64,000 nt of DNA from Candidatus Spongiisociaceae bacterium (GCA_965262915.1 OZ253564.1:4448001-4512000), one strand, 5' to 3'; counted from the first letter of the stretch, positions 42,294 through 55,858 are shown. Notes: a model not told the origin generated them from the letters alone. Translations and numbers: made by a program.

Positions 42294-44249
42294 GTGACCC
42301 AAACCTTCCGTGACCGCGACCACCGACGTAATATCGGCGCGGTGTCAGCTTCACGGTTCCGACCAAGCGCGCGGTCGAACGGCGGATCGGCGCGCCCGCC
42401 GCACCGCGGCCGCTCCGGGATCTCCCGACTCGTCCGGGAGGACGTTCTGTCGGACCCGGATTTGCTCAGCGCCCTGAGGCGGGTCGCCGACGGGCTGGGT
42501 CAATCCATGGAGCAGGTCTCCCGGAGGGCGGAGCGTCACCTCGACGAGATCGCCGCCTCGCCGTCACGGCTCATGGTCGTCCTCGCCGCCGGCCTCGGGC
42601 GGCTCCTCTACCGGCGCGCCTACGGGGCGATTCACTACAACCGCGAGGGACTGGAGGAAGCGCTGCGGCTGGGCGCCGGAGCGCCGATCGTGTTCCTGCC
42701 CTGTCACAGGTCGAACCTGGATCGCCCCATCATGCACTACCTGCTGTGGAAGAACGGTCACGCCCCCAACTACACGGCCGGGGGTATCAACATGAACTTC
42801 TTCCCCGTGGGTCCCATCTCCCGGCGGGCCGGAGTGTTCTTCATCCGCCGGACCTTCGCTGCCAACCCGGTCTACAAACTCGTCCTGCAGACATACTTCT
42901 CGTATCTGATCGAGCAACGTCGGCCCCTCGAGTGGTATATCGAAGGGGGCCGGAGCCGGACCGGCAAGCTCCGCTCGCCCCGCTACGGCTTGCTGGGATA
43001 CGCAGCTGCCGCCCTGATGGCGGGAAAGAGCGAGGACGTGTACCTCATCCCGACTTCGATCAACTACGACCATGTCCTGGAGGTCGACGCGTACACCGCC
43101 GAGCAGAGCGGCATCGCAAAGGAGCAGGAGACGTTCGGCTGGATGGTCAAGAGCATCCGCTCCCTCCCGAAGCGCAATGGCAATGTCCACGTGCGGTTCG
43201 GTGAACCGCTGTCGATGCGCGGCATGATCGGTCCGGGCAGCTCCGACCGCGATCGGAGGCACGACCTTCGCAACATGGCCTCCGAGGTTTGCATGCGGAT
43301 CAACCGGGTCACACCGATCACCCCCACCGCGCTGGTGGTGACAGCCCTCCTGTCCGACCGGGAGCAGGCACTGACCGGCCGGCGACTGGAGGCGACGCTG
43401 GCTGAACTGGTCGATCACGCCGAGTCTTGCGGTCTACCGTCCACCGAACCGCTGTCCGTGTTGGGCAGCGAACGGGTCCTCCGCGATGTGATCCGCGATC
43501 TGGCGGACCGCGGGATCGTCACGGTCGACGACCGGGACGCTGAACCCGGGGGATCGGAACCCGCCTACCGGATCGAGCCGGGCAGGCGTCTGGCCGCCTC
43601 CTACTACCGCAACACCATCGTCCATTTCTTCGTGGGCCCGGCTGTGGGCGAGCTGGCTCTGGCTGCAGCTGCCTCGGAGGACACCCTCGACCGGCCCTCG
43701 GAGAGGTTCCGCGACCATGTAGAGACGATCCGCGACCTGGTCGCATTCGAGTTCTTCCTCCCTGATCCCCCCTCGTTCATCGACGATGTCACCGCAGAAC
43801 TGACCCGGCGCCATCCCGGATGGCAGGAAATGCTGGAGGAGGGGTCCGGAGAGGCGGTGTTGGAACGGCTCCGCCCCCACCGCGCCTCGTGGGTACTCCG
43901 GTCCATCTTCGAGTCCTACCTGGTGGTGGCCGAGCAGTTGGCGCAGCGCCCGGTGGACCAGCCCTGGGACCGGTCCCCCTTCTCGAAGGCCTGTCTCGAA
44001 CGCAGCAAGGGGTATGTGCAGGAGGGACGGATCGGGGCCGAAGCGGCATCCCTGAGCTTGTTCGCCAACGCACTGCGGGTAGCCGCCCGCCGTGACCTGC
44101 TAGGACCGGGACCGGATGATCTCGCCACGCGCCGTAACTCGTTCGCCGCCGAACTGAGGCGGATCCTGGCGCTGGTGGACTCCCTCGATGTGCGACCACC
44201 CGCCGCGACTGACACCCTTTCGGATCCCACACGTAGGATCCGTCCATGA
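42294..44249 (+). CDS. plsB: Glycerol-3-phosphate acyltransferase (PlsB-like)
   Basis: HRSNLD, FFIRR, YIEGGRSRTGK; GTG start inferred. Confidence 0.88.
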   Translation: MTQTFRDRDHRRNIGAVSASRFRPSARSNGGSARPPHRGRSGISRLVREDVLSDPDLLSALRRVADGLGQSMEQVSRRAERHLDEIAASPSRLMVVLAAGLGRLLYRRAYGAIHYNREGLEEALRLGAGAPIVFLPCHRSNLDRPIMHYLLWKNGHAPNYTAGGINMNFFPVGPISRRAGVFFIRRTFAANPVYKLVLQTYFSYLIEQRRPLEWYIEGGRSRTGKLRSPRYGLLGYAAAALMAGKSEDVYLIPTSINYDHVLEVDAYTAEQSGIAKEQETFGWMVKSIRSLPKRNGNVHVRFGEPLSMRGMIGPGSSDRDRRHDLRNMASEVCMRINRVTPITPTALVVTALLSDREQALTGRRLEATLAELVDHAESCGLPSTEPLSVLGSERVLRDVIRDLADRGIVTVDDRDAEPGGSEPAYRIEPGRRLAASYYRNTIVHFFVGPAVGELALAAAASEDTLDRPSERFRDHVETIRDLVAFEFFLPDPPSFIDDVTAELTRRHPGWQEMLEEGSGEAVLERLRPHRASWVLRSIFESYLVVAEQLAQRPVDQPWDRSPFSKACLERSKGYVQEGRIGAEAASLSLFANALRVAARRDLLGPGPDDLATRRNSFAAELRRILALVDSLDVRPPAATDTLSDPTRRIRP

Positions 44250-45214
44250 CCCCCTTGCCGGACGGGTTGTGTCGCGATCTGCATTACTGGATGCGGCTCA
44301 CCCGCACGATGGACAACCGGCTGGTGAAGCTGTGGAAGCAGGGGCGAGGGTTGGGCGCCACGTTCAACCAGCGAGGGCACGAGGCGATCAGCGTGGGCGC
44401 CGGCGCCGCCCTCCGACCCGAGGACGTGGTGGCGCCGATGCATCGCGATCTGGGTTGTTACCTGATTCGCGGTATGACACCCCGGCGCATCATGGCCAAC
44501 CAGCTGGGTCGATCCACCGGCGTCACCGGCGGGCGCGATGCGAACCTCCACGGTTGCGGCGACCTGTCGCTCAACATTATCGGCTTCATCAGCCACCTGC
44601 CCCAGTCCATGCCGGTCGCTCTGGGTGCGGCCATGTCCTTCACCTACCGGAATGAGCCTCGCGTGGCGATGACGTTCGCGGGAGACGGCTCATCCTGCAC
44701 CGGCGTCTTCCACGAGACCCTCAACCTGGCGGCAGTCCAGGGAGCACCCTTCGTCGTGATCGTCGAGAACAACCAGTACGCGTTCTCGACCCCCCTCGAC
44801 CAGCAGATGGCCATCGAGGACATCGCCGTGCGCGGGACCGCCCACGGGGTGGCATCCGAGACCGTCGACGGCAACGACGTGGAGGCGGTCTACCGCGCCG
44901 TCGAGGTCGCCACGAACCGGGCGAGGGAAGGGGGCGGCCCGACCCTGATCGAGGCCAGGACCATGCGGATGCTGGGCCATGCCATCCACGACGGCGCCGA
45001 ATATGTGCCCCGCACGCTCCTGGAGGAGTGGAAGTCCCGCGATCCGATCACCCGCTACGAGGAAACCTTGCTGGCCCGCCGGATGGTGGACCGGGATCAC
45101 CTCGAGCGGGTGGCGGACGAGTGCCGGGGGATCGTGGCCGATGCGGTCCGGTTCGCCGAATCGAGCGCCTGGCCCGATCCCGCCACGGTCACCGCCGGGG
45201 TGTACGCATCATGA
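44246..45214 (+). CDS. 2-oxoacid dehydrogenase E1 alpha
   Basis: TPP motif GDG...ENNQY; GHEA; RMLGH. Confidence 0.93.
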   Translation: MTPLPDGLCRDLHYWMRLTRTMDNRLVKLWKQGRGLGATFNQRGHEAISVGAGAALRPEDVVAPMHRDLGCYLIRGMTPRRIMANQLGRSTGVTGGRDANLHGCGDLSLNIIGFISHLPQSMPVALGAAMSFTYRNEPRVAMTFAGDGSSCTGVFHETLNLAAVQGAPFVVIVENNQYAFSTPLDQQMAIEDIAVRGTAHGVASETVDGNDVEAVYRAVEVATNRAREGGGPTLIEARTMRMLGHAIHDGAEYVPRTLLEEWKSRDPITRYEETLLARRMVDRDHLERVADECRGIVADAVRFAESSAWPDPATVTAGVYAS

Positions 45215-45257
45215 ACCCGTCGGGGTGCGGCAGGTCCCTTCCGAGGGATGTAGAGGC

Positions 45258-46271
45258 ATGACACATGGCGTAGCGTCGCCGGCCCGACCGTCCGGCGCCC
45301 GCACGATGACCTACATCGAGGCGATCAGCGACGGCCTGCGCACCGAGATGCGGCGCGATCCCAGGGTGCTGGTGATGGGCGAGGACATCGGCGGCGAGTT
45401 CGGCGGGGCCTTCAAGGTGACCAAGGGGTTCGAGGCCGAGTTCGGCGCCGGTCGCGTGATCAACACTCCGATGACCGAACTCGGTTTCATCGGTGCTGCC
45501 ACCGGGATGGCTCTGATGGGTCTGCGGCCCGTGATAGAAGTGCAGTTCGCCGACTTCATCTCGACCGGGTTCGACGCCATCGTGCAATACGCCGCCACCA
45601 CCCACTACCGGTGGAAGGCGGCTGTCCCGTGGGTGATCCGGGCCCCTGCCGACGGAGGGATCCGTTCCGGTCCCTTCCACAGCCAGAATCCCGAGGCCTG
45701 GTTCGTGCACACTCCCGGCCTCAAGGTGGTGGCGCCTGCCACGCCCGCCGATGCCAAGGGCCTGCTGCTGGGGGCGATACGCGACAACAACCCGGTCATC
45801 TACTTCGAGTCCAAACCCCTCTACCGGAGCCTTCGAGGCGAGGTTCCCGATGGGGACGAGGCTGTGCCGATCGGAAAGGCACGGGTAGCGCGCGCCGGCC
45901 GGAACGTCACCGTGATCACCTACGGCGAGATGCTCCGCCAGGCTCTCGAGGCCGCCGAAGGGGTGGATCCGGAGATCTCGGCGGAGGTGATCGACCTGCG
46001 CACGCTCAAGCCCCTCGACCGCGAGACGATCCTGTCATCGGTTCGCAAGACCGGAAGGGTAGTGGTGGTTCACGCCGCCAACCGCATGGCGGGGATCGGG
46101 GCCGAGATCGCCGCCGACATCGGTGAGGTCGCCTTCGAGTATCTGGACGCCCCGGTCACCCGGCTGGGCGGCCTCGACATCCCGGTACCGTTCAGCCCCC
46201 CGCTGGAGGACGCCTACCGCCCGGCCGCAGCCGGTATAGCCGCGGCGATACGCGAGACGGCCGCATTCTGA
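45258..46271 (+). CDS. 2-oxoacid dehydrogenase E1 beta
   Basis: MGEDIG, NTP..E, EVQFADF, HSQ, IDLRTL.PLD. Confidence 0.93.
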   Translation: MTHGVASPARPSGARTMTYIEAISDGLRTEMRRDPRVLVMGEDIGGEFGGAFKVTKGFEAEFGAGRVINTPMTELGFIGAATGMALMGLRPVIEVQFADFISTGFDAIVQYAATTHYRWKAAVPWVIRAPADGGIRSGPFHSQNPEAWFVHTPGLKVVAPATPADAKGLLLGAIRDNNPVIYFESKPLYRSLRGEVPDGDEAVPIGKARVARAGRNVTVITYGEMLRQALEAAEGVDPEISAEVIDLRTLKPLDRETILSSVRKTGRVVVVHAANRMAGIGAEIAADIGEVAFEYLDAPVTRLGGLDIPVPFSPPLEDAYRPAAAGIAAAIRETAAF

Positions 46272-46498
46272 ACCGGGAGCGCTCCGGGTAGGAAGGATGG
46301 CGTCGGCGTTGCGATGGCGATCCCCCAGCCGGTGCTCAGCGGCTCCAGGAACACATGTTCACGCTGTGGGTCGATATCGGTGGTCCGTCTGTGAAATGGC
46401 GGTGTGGCATGCGCCGGCAGCGGCGTTCTTCCCTAGGCCTGCCGACGCCAAGCTGGGCACGCCGGACCATCTCGCGGGCAGACCACTAATCTGAGCCC

Positions 46499-47419
46499 AT
46501 GCGCCGGTTCACCATCGACCTGCAGGGTCCGCTACACGGAATCGAGTACGGAGGCAGGGGCCGGCTGATCCTGCTGGTCCACGGTTTGAGCGGATCGGCG
46601 GTCAACTGGGTGGAGGTGGGCGAACCGCTGACCGCCTACGGGAGGGTGATGGCGCCGGAGCTGCCCGGATTCGGGCGCACGCCCCCGGCCGGACGCCGCG
46701 TCTCGGTGGAACAGCAGGCCGGATTGCTGGCCGCCTTGATCGAGCGGGAGTCCGTCGACCCGGCCCTCGTGATCGGCAACTCGATGGGGGCGATGACCGC
46801 CATGCTGCTCGCCGGCCGGTATCCCGAGTTGGTCGACCGGCTGGTGCTCATAGACTCCCCCTCCCCCGCGCCCTCGGTCCACGGCATCGCGCCGGTCTGG
46901 GGTGCGGTCATGATCGCCTACCTGGTACCGGGAATCAACAAGGCCCTGCTGACCTGGCTCCACAGCCAGGGAACACCCGCGCAGCTCACCGATGCCGGCA
47001 TAGACCTGATCACCGGAGTGCCCGACCGGATATCGCGGGCCACCAGGCGGTTGCACGCCGGGGTCACTAGCGAACGCCACCTGATGCCGTGGATGCACGA
47101 CGCACACCTGGCGGCATACCGATCGGTCATGCGCAACCTGGTTCCCTTCTCTCGCTTCGACCGCATGGTGCGGAGGGTCAGGGCGCCGACCCTTCTCATC
47201 CACGGGGCCGAGGACCCGGTGGTACCGCTCGGATCCGCAGAGCGGCTCGCCTCGGTCCGCCCTGATTGGTCCTACCAACCGTTGGTGGGCGTCGGTCACA
47301 TAGCCATGATGGAGGTGCCCGAGTTGTTTCTGGAGTTGGTCGCGGAGTTCCTCGCGACCTACGAGGGTGCTGAAAAACACTCAGAGGAGCATCCCCGTGC
47401 AAAGGGGTTCGCACGCTAG
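46499..47419 (+). CDS. Alpha/beta hydrolase
   Basis: HGL, GNSMG, HGAEDPVVP, GH; C-terminus supplied by a MITE. Confidence 0.9.
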   Translation: MRRFTIDLQGPLHGIEYGGRGRLILLVHGLSGSAVNWVEVGEPLTAYGRVMAPELPGFGRTPPAGRRVSVEQQAGLLAALIERESVDPALVIGNSMGAMTAMLLAGRYPELVDRLVLIDSPSPAPSVHGIAPVWGAVMIAYLVPGINKALLTWLHSQGTPAQLTDAGIDLITGVPDRISRATRRLHAGVTSERHLMPWMHDAHLAAYRSVMRNLVPFSRFDRMVRRVRAPTLLIHGAEDPVVPLGSAERLASVRPDWSYQPLVGVGHIAMMEVPELFLELVAEFLATYEGAEKHSEEHPRAKGFAR

Positions 47420-47487
47420 CCCGCAACGCTCAGACCAGGTAGTTTGCCAACCAGCGAACCCCGCAAGATTCGTTTTTCGGCACCCTC
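47363..47487. mobile_element. MITE
   Basis: TIRs GAGGGTGCTGAAAAAC / GTTTTTCGGCACCCTC. Confidence 0.75.
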
Positions 47488-47496
47488 CCAGCCGCT

Positions 47497-49239
47497 CTAC
47501 CGACCGTGCCGACGCTCCCGGGCCCAGGCCAGGAACCGCCGGGCCGGCCAGGTGTTGGCGATCATGTCCGGGTCCACCCATCCGCGCTGCGCCTGCCGGA
47601 TGCCCCATCTCGACTGCGCCAGTTCCCCCACACGATGAGCATCGGTGGAGATAACGAAGTGGACCTCGCGACCCCTGGCCTGGAGTAGGGCCTCCACCGG
47701 AGCGTCGAGCCGGTCGAGGTGCGAGTTGATCTCGATGGCGGTGCCGGTGATCTCGGCGGCGTCGAGCACGGCGCCTATGTCGAGGTCGATACCCGGGCGC
47801 CGCCCCACCCGCCGTCCTTGCAGGTGACCGATCACGTCGACCGCGGGGTGGCCCATCGCCGTGATGAGCCGGGCGGTCTGATGCTCCCGGGAGAGGTCGA
47901 AATAGCTGTGGACGGACGCGACACACCAGTCGTAGTCCATCAGGAAGGCGCGGTCGTAGTCCAGCGATCCGTCCCGCCCGATATTGAGCTCCACCCCGTG
48001 CAGGATGCGCATGTCCGGATACCTTCCCCGGAGTTCGCCGATCCGGCGTCGTTGGGCCAGCATCTCGGGCCGGCCCACCCCGTTGATGGTCAGATTCTCG
48101 GCGTGGTCGGTGACGGCTACGTACTCCAGGCCCATCCCGGCGGCCGCATCCAGCATCGCTTCGAGCGAATCGTCGCCATCACCGGACATGTCGGTATGGA
48201 CATGGAGATCGCCCCGCAGGTCCCCGTCGACCACCAGGTCGGGCAACCCGTCGGTCCTGGCCGCCTCGATCTCGCCCTGGTCCTCCCGAATGGTCGGTGG
48301 GATCCACGGGAGCCCCAGCGCCTTGTAGATCGCCTCCTCCGTCTCCTCGGCCACCACCACCCCGGTTTCCGCCTCGTACAGGGCGTACTCGCTGAGTACC
48401 CACCCCCGCTCGATCGCCAAACGGCGCAGCCGGATGTTGTGCTCTTTCGACCCGGTGAGGTAGAGGATGGCCGCCCCCCATTGGTGCCGGGGAACCATCC
48501 GGACATCAACCTGGAGGCCCGAGTGGATCACCACCGAGGTCTTCGTGCCCCCCGAAGCGATAACCTGGCGGATCCAGCCCGAGCCGAGCACACGCCCGGA
48601 CACCGAGGCCGGGTCGGAGGTCGCCACCAGGATGTCCAGATCGGCCACGGTGTCCCGGAAACGCCGCAGGCTCCCGCAGTAGGCGGCGTCCTCCACACCG
48701 GGCAGGGTCCGGAGTTCGCCCACCAGCCGCCGCGCCTCCCGCATGGCCGCAAGGATCGGGGTCCTGCGATCCTTGCCCGACCACCCGAGCCGGTCGATCG
48801 CCCGCCGCAGGTTCTCCTCCGTCTTGGCGCCGAATCCCGGCAACTCCCGGATCGCCTCCGCCTTCAAGGCCGCTATCAGGCTCGTCACCGAGTCGACCCC
48901 CAGAGATCTCCGCAGCAGGGCGGCCCTCTTGGGCCCCAGACCCGGAACACGCACCAGTTCCCGGAACTCGAGCGGGAACTCTTCGCGCAGCTCCTCCAGC
49001 CTGGCGACCCTCCCTGTTTCGACATACTCCCGAATACTGGAAGCCGAGGACTTGCCGATCCCGGAGACCCTTCTCAACTCGGCGTCCGACAATACCGCCG
49101 CCGATTGGGGCAACCCCTCGATGGTCTTGACCGCCGCCTCGTAGGCCCTGGCCCGGAAGGACTGAGAACTACCGTCGGCAATCCGGGTCAGCACAGCCAA
49201 CTCGTCGAAGAGGGCGGCCACTTCCGCGTTGGTCACCAC
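47497..49239 (-). CDS. polX: DNA polymerase X with PHP exonuclease
   Basis: GSLRR, DLD, TGSKEHN, DLHVHT, TDAH. Confidence 0.95.
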   Translation of the reverse strand: MVTNAEVAALFDELAVLTRIADGSSQSFRARAYEAAVKTIEGLPQSAAVLSDAELRRVSGIGKSSASSIREYVETGRVARLEELREEFPLEFRELVRVPGLGPKRAALLRRSLGVDSVTSLIAALKAEAIRELPGFGAKTEENLRRAIDRLGWSGKDRRTPILAAMREARRLVGELRTLPGVEDAAYCGSLRRFRDTVADLDILVATSDPASVSGRVLGSGWIRQVIASGGTKTSVVIHSGLQVDVRMVPRHQWGAAILYLTGSKEHNIRLRRLAIERGWVLSEYALYEAETGVVVAEETEEAIYKALGLPWIPPTIREDQGEIEAARTDGLPDLVVDGDLRGDLHVHTDMSGDGDDSLEAMLDAAAGMGLEYVAVTDHAENLTINGVGRPEMLAQRRRIGELRGRYPDMRILHGVELNIGRDGSLDYDRAFLMDYDWCVASVHSYFDLSREHQTARLITAMGHPAVDVIGHLQGRRVGRRPGIDLDIGAVLDAAEITGTAIEINSHLDRLDAPVEALLQARGREVHFVISTDAHRVGELAQSRWGIRQAQRGWVDPDMIANTWPARRFLAWARERRHGR

Positions 49240-49385
49240 AGGCCCCTCCTAATGCCTCCTCCCGACCTGGTCCGGAACGGGATGGAGTGAGGGTATCGCA
49301 CTGCCGCCGACCGCCGGGTGGGGATCGGGCGAGATCGGATGTCAGGTAACCTCTCGCGGCGCCGTACCGTCAGAAGGACTCGAAC

Positions 49386-50771
<1,386 letters not shown>

Positions 50772-50871
50772 GACAAGGCCGAGAGCGAGGATCGCGGGAG
50801 GCCCACCACTCGCGGACCGGGCATTGTCGGGTCGAGTGGCAGACCGTCGGCGAATTGCTCTTGGCACTCTC
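50772..50871. mobile_element. Degenerate MITE at malic enzyme stop
   Basis: GACAAGGCCGAGAGC / GCTCTTGGCACTCTC; flanks GTAG and CCAG. Confidence 0.55.
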
Positions 50872-50890
50872 CCAGGGGGGTGCGAACCGC

Positions 50891-52146
50891 TCAAGGAGTC
50901 GGGTCCGTGGGAAGGCACGGCACGCGGATCCGGAACGTGGAACCCTCGCCCAAGCGGCTCTGCACCTCAACCCGTCCCTTGTGCAACTCGGCCACATGCT
51001 TGACGATCGCCAGGCCCAGCCCCGTACCTCCGGTAGCCCTGGAACGGGCTGCGTCCACCCGGTAGAACCGTTCGAAGATGCGGGGGATATCGGCCACCGG
51101 GATGCCCGAGCCGCTGTCCGCCACCACCACCGTCGCCTCACCGTTCTCCGATCCCACCGATACCCGCACCCATCCATCGTCGGGCGTATGGCGGACCGCG
51201 TTCTCGACCAGGTTCCGGAACGCGAGGGCCAGATCGGACGGGTTCCCGACAATCGGTGTGGGGACCGCCTCGAACTCGACGGCCGGGAGTGACGAGATGA
51301 ACCGCCGGACCTCCTCGGCGAGTAGATCGGCCAAGTCGAAAGGCTCCACCGGCGGGGCATACGATTCGAGGCGCGACAGGTCCAGCAGGTCGGCCACGAT
51401 CCTCGACATGCGGATGGCGTTGTCCAGGATCCGTCCGGAGAACTCCAGTACTGCGTCGGGATCATCGTCCAAAGCGACCAGGACGGTCTCCGCAGCGGCT
51501 TGGATGGCCGCCACCGGGGTCTTGAGTTCGTGGGAGGCCGCCATCACGAAGTCTTGGCGCATCCGGTCTGCGTGCCAACGTTCGGTCACATCGATCAGAT
51601 GCACCACGACGAGGCCATCGTCTCCGGGAGGGCGGGCCGAGACCTCCATCACCCGGCGCGGGAATCCCTGGGTGAAACGCCTGGAGGAGGCCCGTCCCCC
51701 GCTCGCTTCCTCGATCACCTGGCGGACCGCGGTAGGCATCGGGGCCCCTACTTCGGTTACCCGCTCTCCGAGCAGCGCCACGGCAGCCCGGTTGGCATAC
51801 ACCGGACGGCCCGAACGCACGGCGACGACCCCCACCGGGAGGGAGGCGAGAAGGACAGTATGGAGTTCTCCCCGGCGGAGCAGGCCGGCTCTCTCCACTG
51901 CCAGATCGTGGAGTCGGAGACTCTCCTCGAGTTCTTTGCGGCGGCGGTATCGCTCGGCCCACGACAGCCACGCGATACCCGTCAGGGCTGCCAGGCACCC
52001 CACCCACGGCCAAGGTAGCGGCGCTCGAAGCGACGCTACGCCGGCCACCATCAAGGCTGACAGTACGACCCACCTGAGCGCCAGGATCCCCAGCCGGCCT
52101 CCACGGGAACCGGGTACAGCTTCGGTCAGCCGGCCTTCTCTCACCA
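50891..52146 (-). CDS. senX3: Sensor histidine kinase, SenX3/PhoR-like
   Basis: SHELKTP, NLVENA, DSGSG, FERFYR, GGTGLGL; start uncertain. Confidence 0.88.
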
Positions 52147-52267
52147 TTTCGAACGGGAAGGATCGGGTGGCGGCGGTTGACACTCGATGGGCCGGTTCGT
52201 TCGACGGACTCGTGACGTGAGGATCATGTGAACGCCGTGTGGAATGCTCATCCAGCAGGGCGTTCTC

Positions 52268-52963
52268 TCAATCATCTTCGACGAACTTGTAGCCGAGGCC
52301 TCTGACCGTCACGATCCACTTCGGCGAACGAGGCGTCGGTTCCACCTTCTCTCTCAGACGGCGAATATGGACATCCAGCGTCTTGGGATCGCCGAAGAAC
52401 GGCACCCCCCATATCTCCTCCAGGAGGATCTGACGCAGGACCAACCTACCCTTGCGAACCAGAAGCGCCTCCAGGAGATCGAACTCCTTGGGACGGAAGT
52501 CGACCAACTCGCCATCGATCCGGACCTCGTGCCGGTCCACGTCGAGCGAGACGGGTCCGCCTTCGAGTACCAGCGAGTCCATGGTGCGAGGAACGCGGGC
52601 AGCGCGGCGCAGGACTCCCCTGATCCGTGACACCAACTCTCGCATCGAGAAGGGCTTGGTGACATAGTCGTCGGCTCCCAACTCCAAGCCGGCCACCACA
52701 TCGGCTTCCGCATCCTTGGCCGTGACCACGACCACCGGCACCTCGGACGTCGCGCGGATCTGGCGGAGCACGTCGAGCCCTCCCAGACCCGGCAGCATGA
52801 GGTCCAGCACCACGAGATCGACCGCCCTGCGGCGGTACGACTCTATGGCTACCCGGCCGTCCCCGACAACGGTAACCTCGTACCCTTCGCGGGCCAGGTT
52901 GTAGCGAAGAGACTCGGCGAGGGTCTCCTCGTCCTCGACCACCAGGATCGACGGCATGGTCAT
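52268..52963 (-). CDS. regX3: OmpR-family response regulator, RegX3/PhoP-like
   Basis: VVEDE, LDLMLPG, DYVTKPF, VRGLGYKF. Confidence 0.9.
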   Translation of the reverse strand: MTMPSILVVEDEETLAESLRYNLAREGYEVTVVGDGRVAIESYRRRAVDLVVLDLMLPGLGGLDVLRQIRATSEVPVVVVTAKDAEADVVAGLELGADDYVTKPFSMRELVSRIRGVLRRAARVPRTMDSLVLEGGPVSLDVDRHEVRIDGELVDFRPKEFDLLEALLVRKGRLVLRQILLEEIWGVPFFGDPKTLDVHIRRLREKVEPTPRSPKWIVTVRGLGYKFVEDD

Positions 52964-53649
52964 CTGGTGCCTTGCGCCAGAGTCCAACCCTCCGGGAACT
53001 CACGGGACTCCCCGGTCAGCAGGAAGGCGACCTGCTCACCGATGTCGACCGCCCGGTCACCGACCCGCTCCAGCGCCCGGGAAACCAGCATCATGTGCAC
53101 CGCCCATTCGAGGAGGTCGGGGTTCGGGCCGCAGGCCGCGACCTCCTTCCACATATTGCGGTTGAGCCAATCGGCCGGGTCGTCCAACTCGGGCAACCGC
53201 AGGGCCAGGTTCAGATCCCGTTTGATCAACGCCTCCATAGCGGTCTGGAGCATGGGTACCACGATGGATCGCATCTCCCGGATGTGTAACAGGATGGTCT
53301 CGTTCCGCGGCAGCCCGGCGGTTATCTCGACGATGGCGGCGATGTTGCCCGCCTGGTCACCCATCCTCTCCAGACTGTGCCCGGCTTGGAGGACCAGCGA
53401 CATGAGACGAAGATCGGAGGCCACCGGCGTCTGGCGGGCCATGACCTCGTGCCAGCGCCGTTCCACATCGAAGTACAAGTGGTCGATCATCTGGTCGTCG
53501 ACCAGCACTTTGTGCGCGAGGTCGGCATCCCCTGTCAACAGAGCCTCGACCGCGTCGTTTATCTGACGCTCGGCCATCTCGGCCATGTCCAACAGCAGCA
53601 CCTCGAGCTGGTTGAGCTCGGCGTGGAACTGGCTGCGGACTTCGGTCAT
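52960..53649 (-). CDS. phoU: Phosphate signalling protein PhoU
   Basis: [21 protein letters not shown]. Confidence 0.95.
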   Translation of the reverse strand: MTEVRSQFHAELNQLEVLLLDMAEMAERQINDAVEALLTGDADLAHKVLVDDQMIDHLYFDVERRWHEVMARQTPVASDLRLMSLVLQAGHSLERMGDQAGNIAAIVEITAGLPRNETILLHIREMRSIVVPMLQTAMEALIKRDLNLALRLPELDDPADWLNRNMWKEVAACGPNPDLLEWAVHMMLVSRALERVGDRAVDIGEQVAFLLTGESREFPEGWTLAQGTR

Positions 53650-54497
53650 CCGAACCGACCCGTGATGTAGTCTTCGGTCTCGACCTTGGCAGGCCTGGTG
53701 AACAGAGTCCCCGTCGTGCCCGTTTCAACGACATAACCGGCCCGGTCACCGTCCATATTCAGGAACACCGTGTGATCGGAGGCTCGAGCGGCCTGTTGCA
53801 TGTTGTGGGTGACGATGATGATGGTGTAGTTGACCTTGAGTTCCTGGATCAACTCCTCGATCCGCAGCGTGGCTACCGGGTCGAGCGCCGAGGTCGGCTC
53901 GTCCATGAGGATGATCTCTGGCTTGACGGCGATCGCCCGGGCGATACAGAGCCGCTGCTGCTGGCCACCCGAGAGCGAGTTGCCGCTCTCGTCCAGCTTG
54001 TGCTTCACCTCGTCCCAGAGGGCTGCCTGGCGCAGGGATTGTTCGACCAGCGCATCCAAGTCGTCCTTCTTCCACCCGTTGATCCTGGCGCCCCAGGCAA
54101 CGTTCTGGTAGATACTCTTGGGAAACGGGTTGGGCTTCTGGAACACCATGCCCACCCGACGGCGCAACTCCACCGGGTCGACCGACTCGTCGTAGATGTT
54201 CTGGCCGTGGAACCGCACCTCCCCCTCGACGCGGGCGGACGGGACGAGGTCGTTCATACGATTGAGGGCTCTGAGCAGGGTGCTCTTGCCGCAACCCGAT
54301 GGGCCTATCAAGGCGGTGATCTGGCGGTCTCGGAACGCCAGGCTCACCTCCTTGATCGCTCGGAATTTGCCGTAGAACGCGCTCATGTTCTCGGTCTCCA
54401 TAGCGACACTGTCGGGCACATTGGGCGTCTTGGCTTGAGTCGGAACGGTCAAGTCGGTCATCACCCTTTCGGTCCATAGGACTTCGTCTATCGTCAT
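53646..54497 (-). CDS. pstB: Phosphate ABC ATPase
   Basis: [36 protein letters not shown]. Confidence 0.97.
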   Translation of the reverse strand: MTIDEVLWTERVMTDLTVPTQAKTPNVPDSVAMETENMSAFYGKFRAIKEVSLAFRDRQITALIGPSGCGKSTLLRALNRMNDLVPSARVEGEVRFHGQNIYDESVDPVELRRRVGMVFQKPNPFPKSIYQNVAWGARINGWKKDDLDALVEQSLRQAALWDEVKHKLDESGNSLSGGQQQRLCIARAIAVKPEIILMDEPTSALDPVATLRIEELIQELKVNYTIIIVTHNMQQAARASDHTVFLNMDGDRAGYVVETGTTGTLFTRPAKVETEDYITGRFG

Positions 54498-55858
54498 CCT
54501 GCCCTCCGAGAATATCGGTTTCTGAGCATCACCGCTGCGGTGTTGAGCGTCAACAGTAAGACCAGCAACACCAGGATCGCGGCCGCGGCGATGTTCCGGA
54601 ATTCATCCTGGGGGCGGCTGGTCCACTGGAATATCTGGATCGGGAGGACCGTGAACTTCGAGAACGGTCCGGTCGGATCACTGGTGATGAACGTCGAGGC
54701 GCCCACTACCACCAGCGGCGCCGTCTCCCCGAGAGCCCTGGCCACCGCCAGGATCGTGCCCGTGAGGATCCCCGGTAGCGCGTTGGGGAGCACATGCGCC
54801 CGCACCGTCTGCCACTTCGTGGAACCCAGAGCCATGCCCGCCTGCCTCAACGAACCGGGAACCGCCCGGATGGCCTCCTGCGCATTGATGATGATCAGCG
54901 GCAGGATGAGCAGTCCGAGCGTCATACCGGCCGAGACTATGGTGCGGCCGCCGGCGGTCGCCTCCCCGCCGCCCCCCAGGAACGATCCGCTGGTGAACGT
55001 CTCTATCGTCCGGACGAAGATAGCCAGACCGAGCATTCCGTAGATGATGGACGGGACACCGGCCAGGTTGTTGATGTTGGTCTGGATGATGGCGTTGAGA
55101 CGATTCTCCCTGGCGTATTCCTCCAGGTAGATGGCTGCCCCTACCCCGATCGGGAAGGAGAACAGCAGGGTTATCAGGACCACCCAGAGCGAACCGAACA
55201 GCGCCGTCCGGATCCCCGCAATGGCCGGCTCCGGCGATTGCGGGCTCCGGACGAAGTTCCAGGACAACCAGGACCGGAAGATCAGTTCCGCCTCCGGATA
55301 GTCCGCGGCCGCCCTCGCCTCTATCTCGTCCCGGTCGAACGTGGAGTCCAGGAACGACCAGGTACCGACGATGGTGGGCTCCACCACCCGCTCCACCACC
55401 AGCGCCTCCACGTCGTCGTGGCTCCGGGCCGGTAACCAGCACGCAGACGGGGGATCGTCCGACATGCAGAGATCGTTGAGCAGGTACTTGTCCTCGAAAA
55501 CGAGGCGGTCGTCGAAGAACCGCTGGTCGCGTTCGAACCGGCGCCCGAGGTTGGTGGAGATCTCCTGCCCCAGCAGCAGAACCAGTTCCTGCTTGGTCAG
55601 ATCCCCGAGTTCGGTGTCCTTGGGGTACCCCAGACTCGCCACCAACTCCGACGGTGACCTGACGTCCTCGACGGCCACCAGCCCGAACGAGGAGTTGAGA
55701 ATGGTGATGATGAGCGTCACCAAGGCCGCAACCGCCACCATCAGGGCAGCCAGTAGGCCGAACTTGACGATGACGCCCCGACGGCGCCTCCGCCTCATCT
55801 GAGGGGAGGTCACCAACAGATCCGTCGTCCTTACCTCGGCTTCTCGAGAGGCGGCCAC
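54494..55858 (-). CDS. pstA: Phosphate ABC permease
   Basis: YLEEY, LAGVPSI.YG, GETAPL. Confidence 0.95.
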   Translation of the reverse strand: MAASREAEVRTTDLLVTSPQMRRRRRRGVIVKFGLLAALMVAVAALVTLIITILNSSFGLVAVEDVRSPSELVASLGYPKDTELGDLTKQELVLLLGQEISTNLGRRFERDQRFFDDRLVFEDKYLLNDLCMSDDPPSACWLPARSHDDVEALVVERVVEPTIVGTWSFLDSTFDRDEIEARAAADYPEAELIFRSWLSWNFVRSPQSPEPAIAGIRTALFGSLWVVLITLLFSFPIGVGAAIYLEEYARENRLNAIIQTNINNLAGVPSIIYGMLGLAIFVRTIETFTSGSFLGGGGEATAGGRTIVSAGMTLGLLILPLIIINAQEAIRAVPGSLRQAGMALGSTKWQTVRAHVLPNALPGILTGTILAVARALGETAPLVVVGASTFITSDPTGPFSKFTVLPIQIFQWTSRPQDEFRNIAAAAILVLLVLLLTLNTAAVMLRNRYSRRAG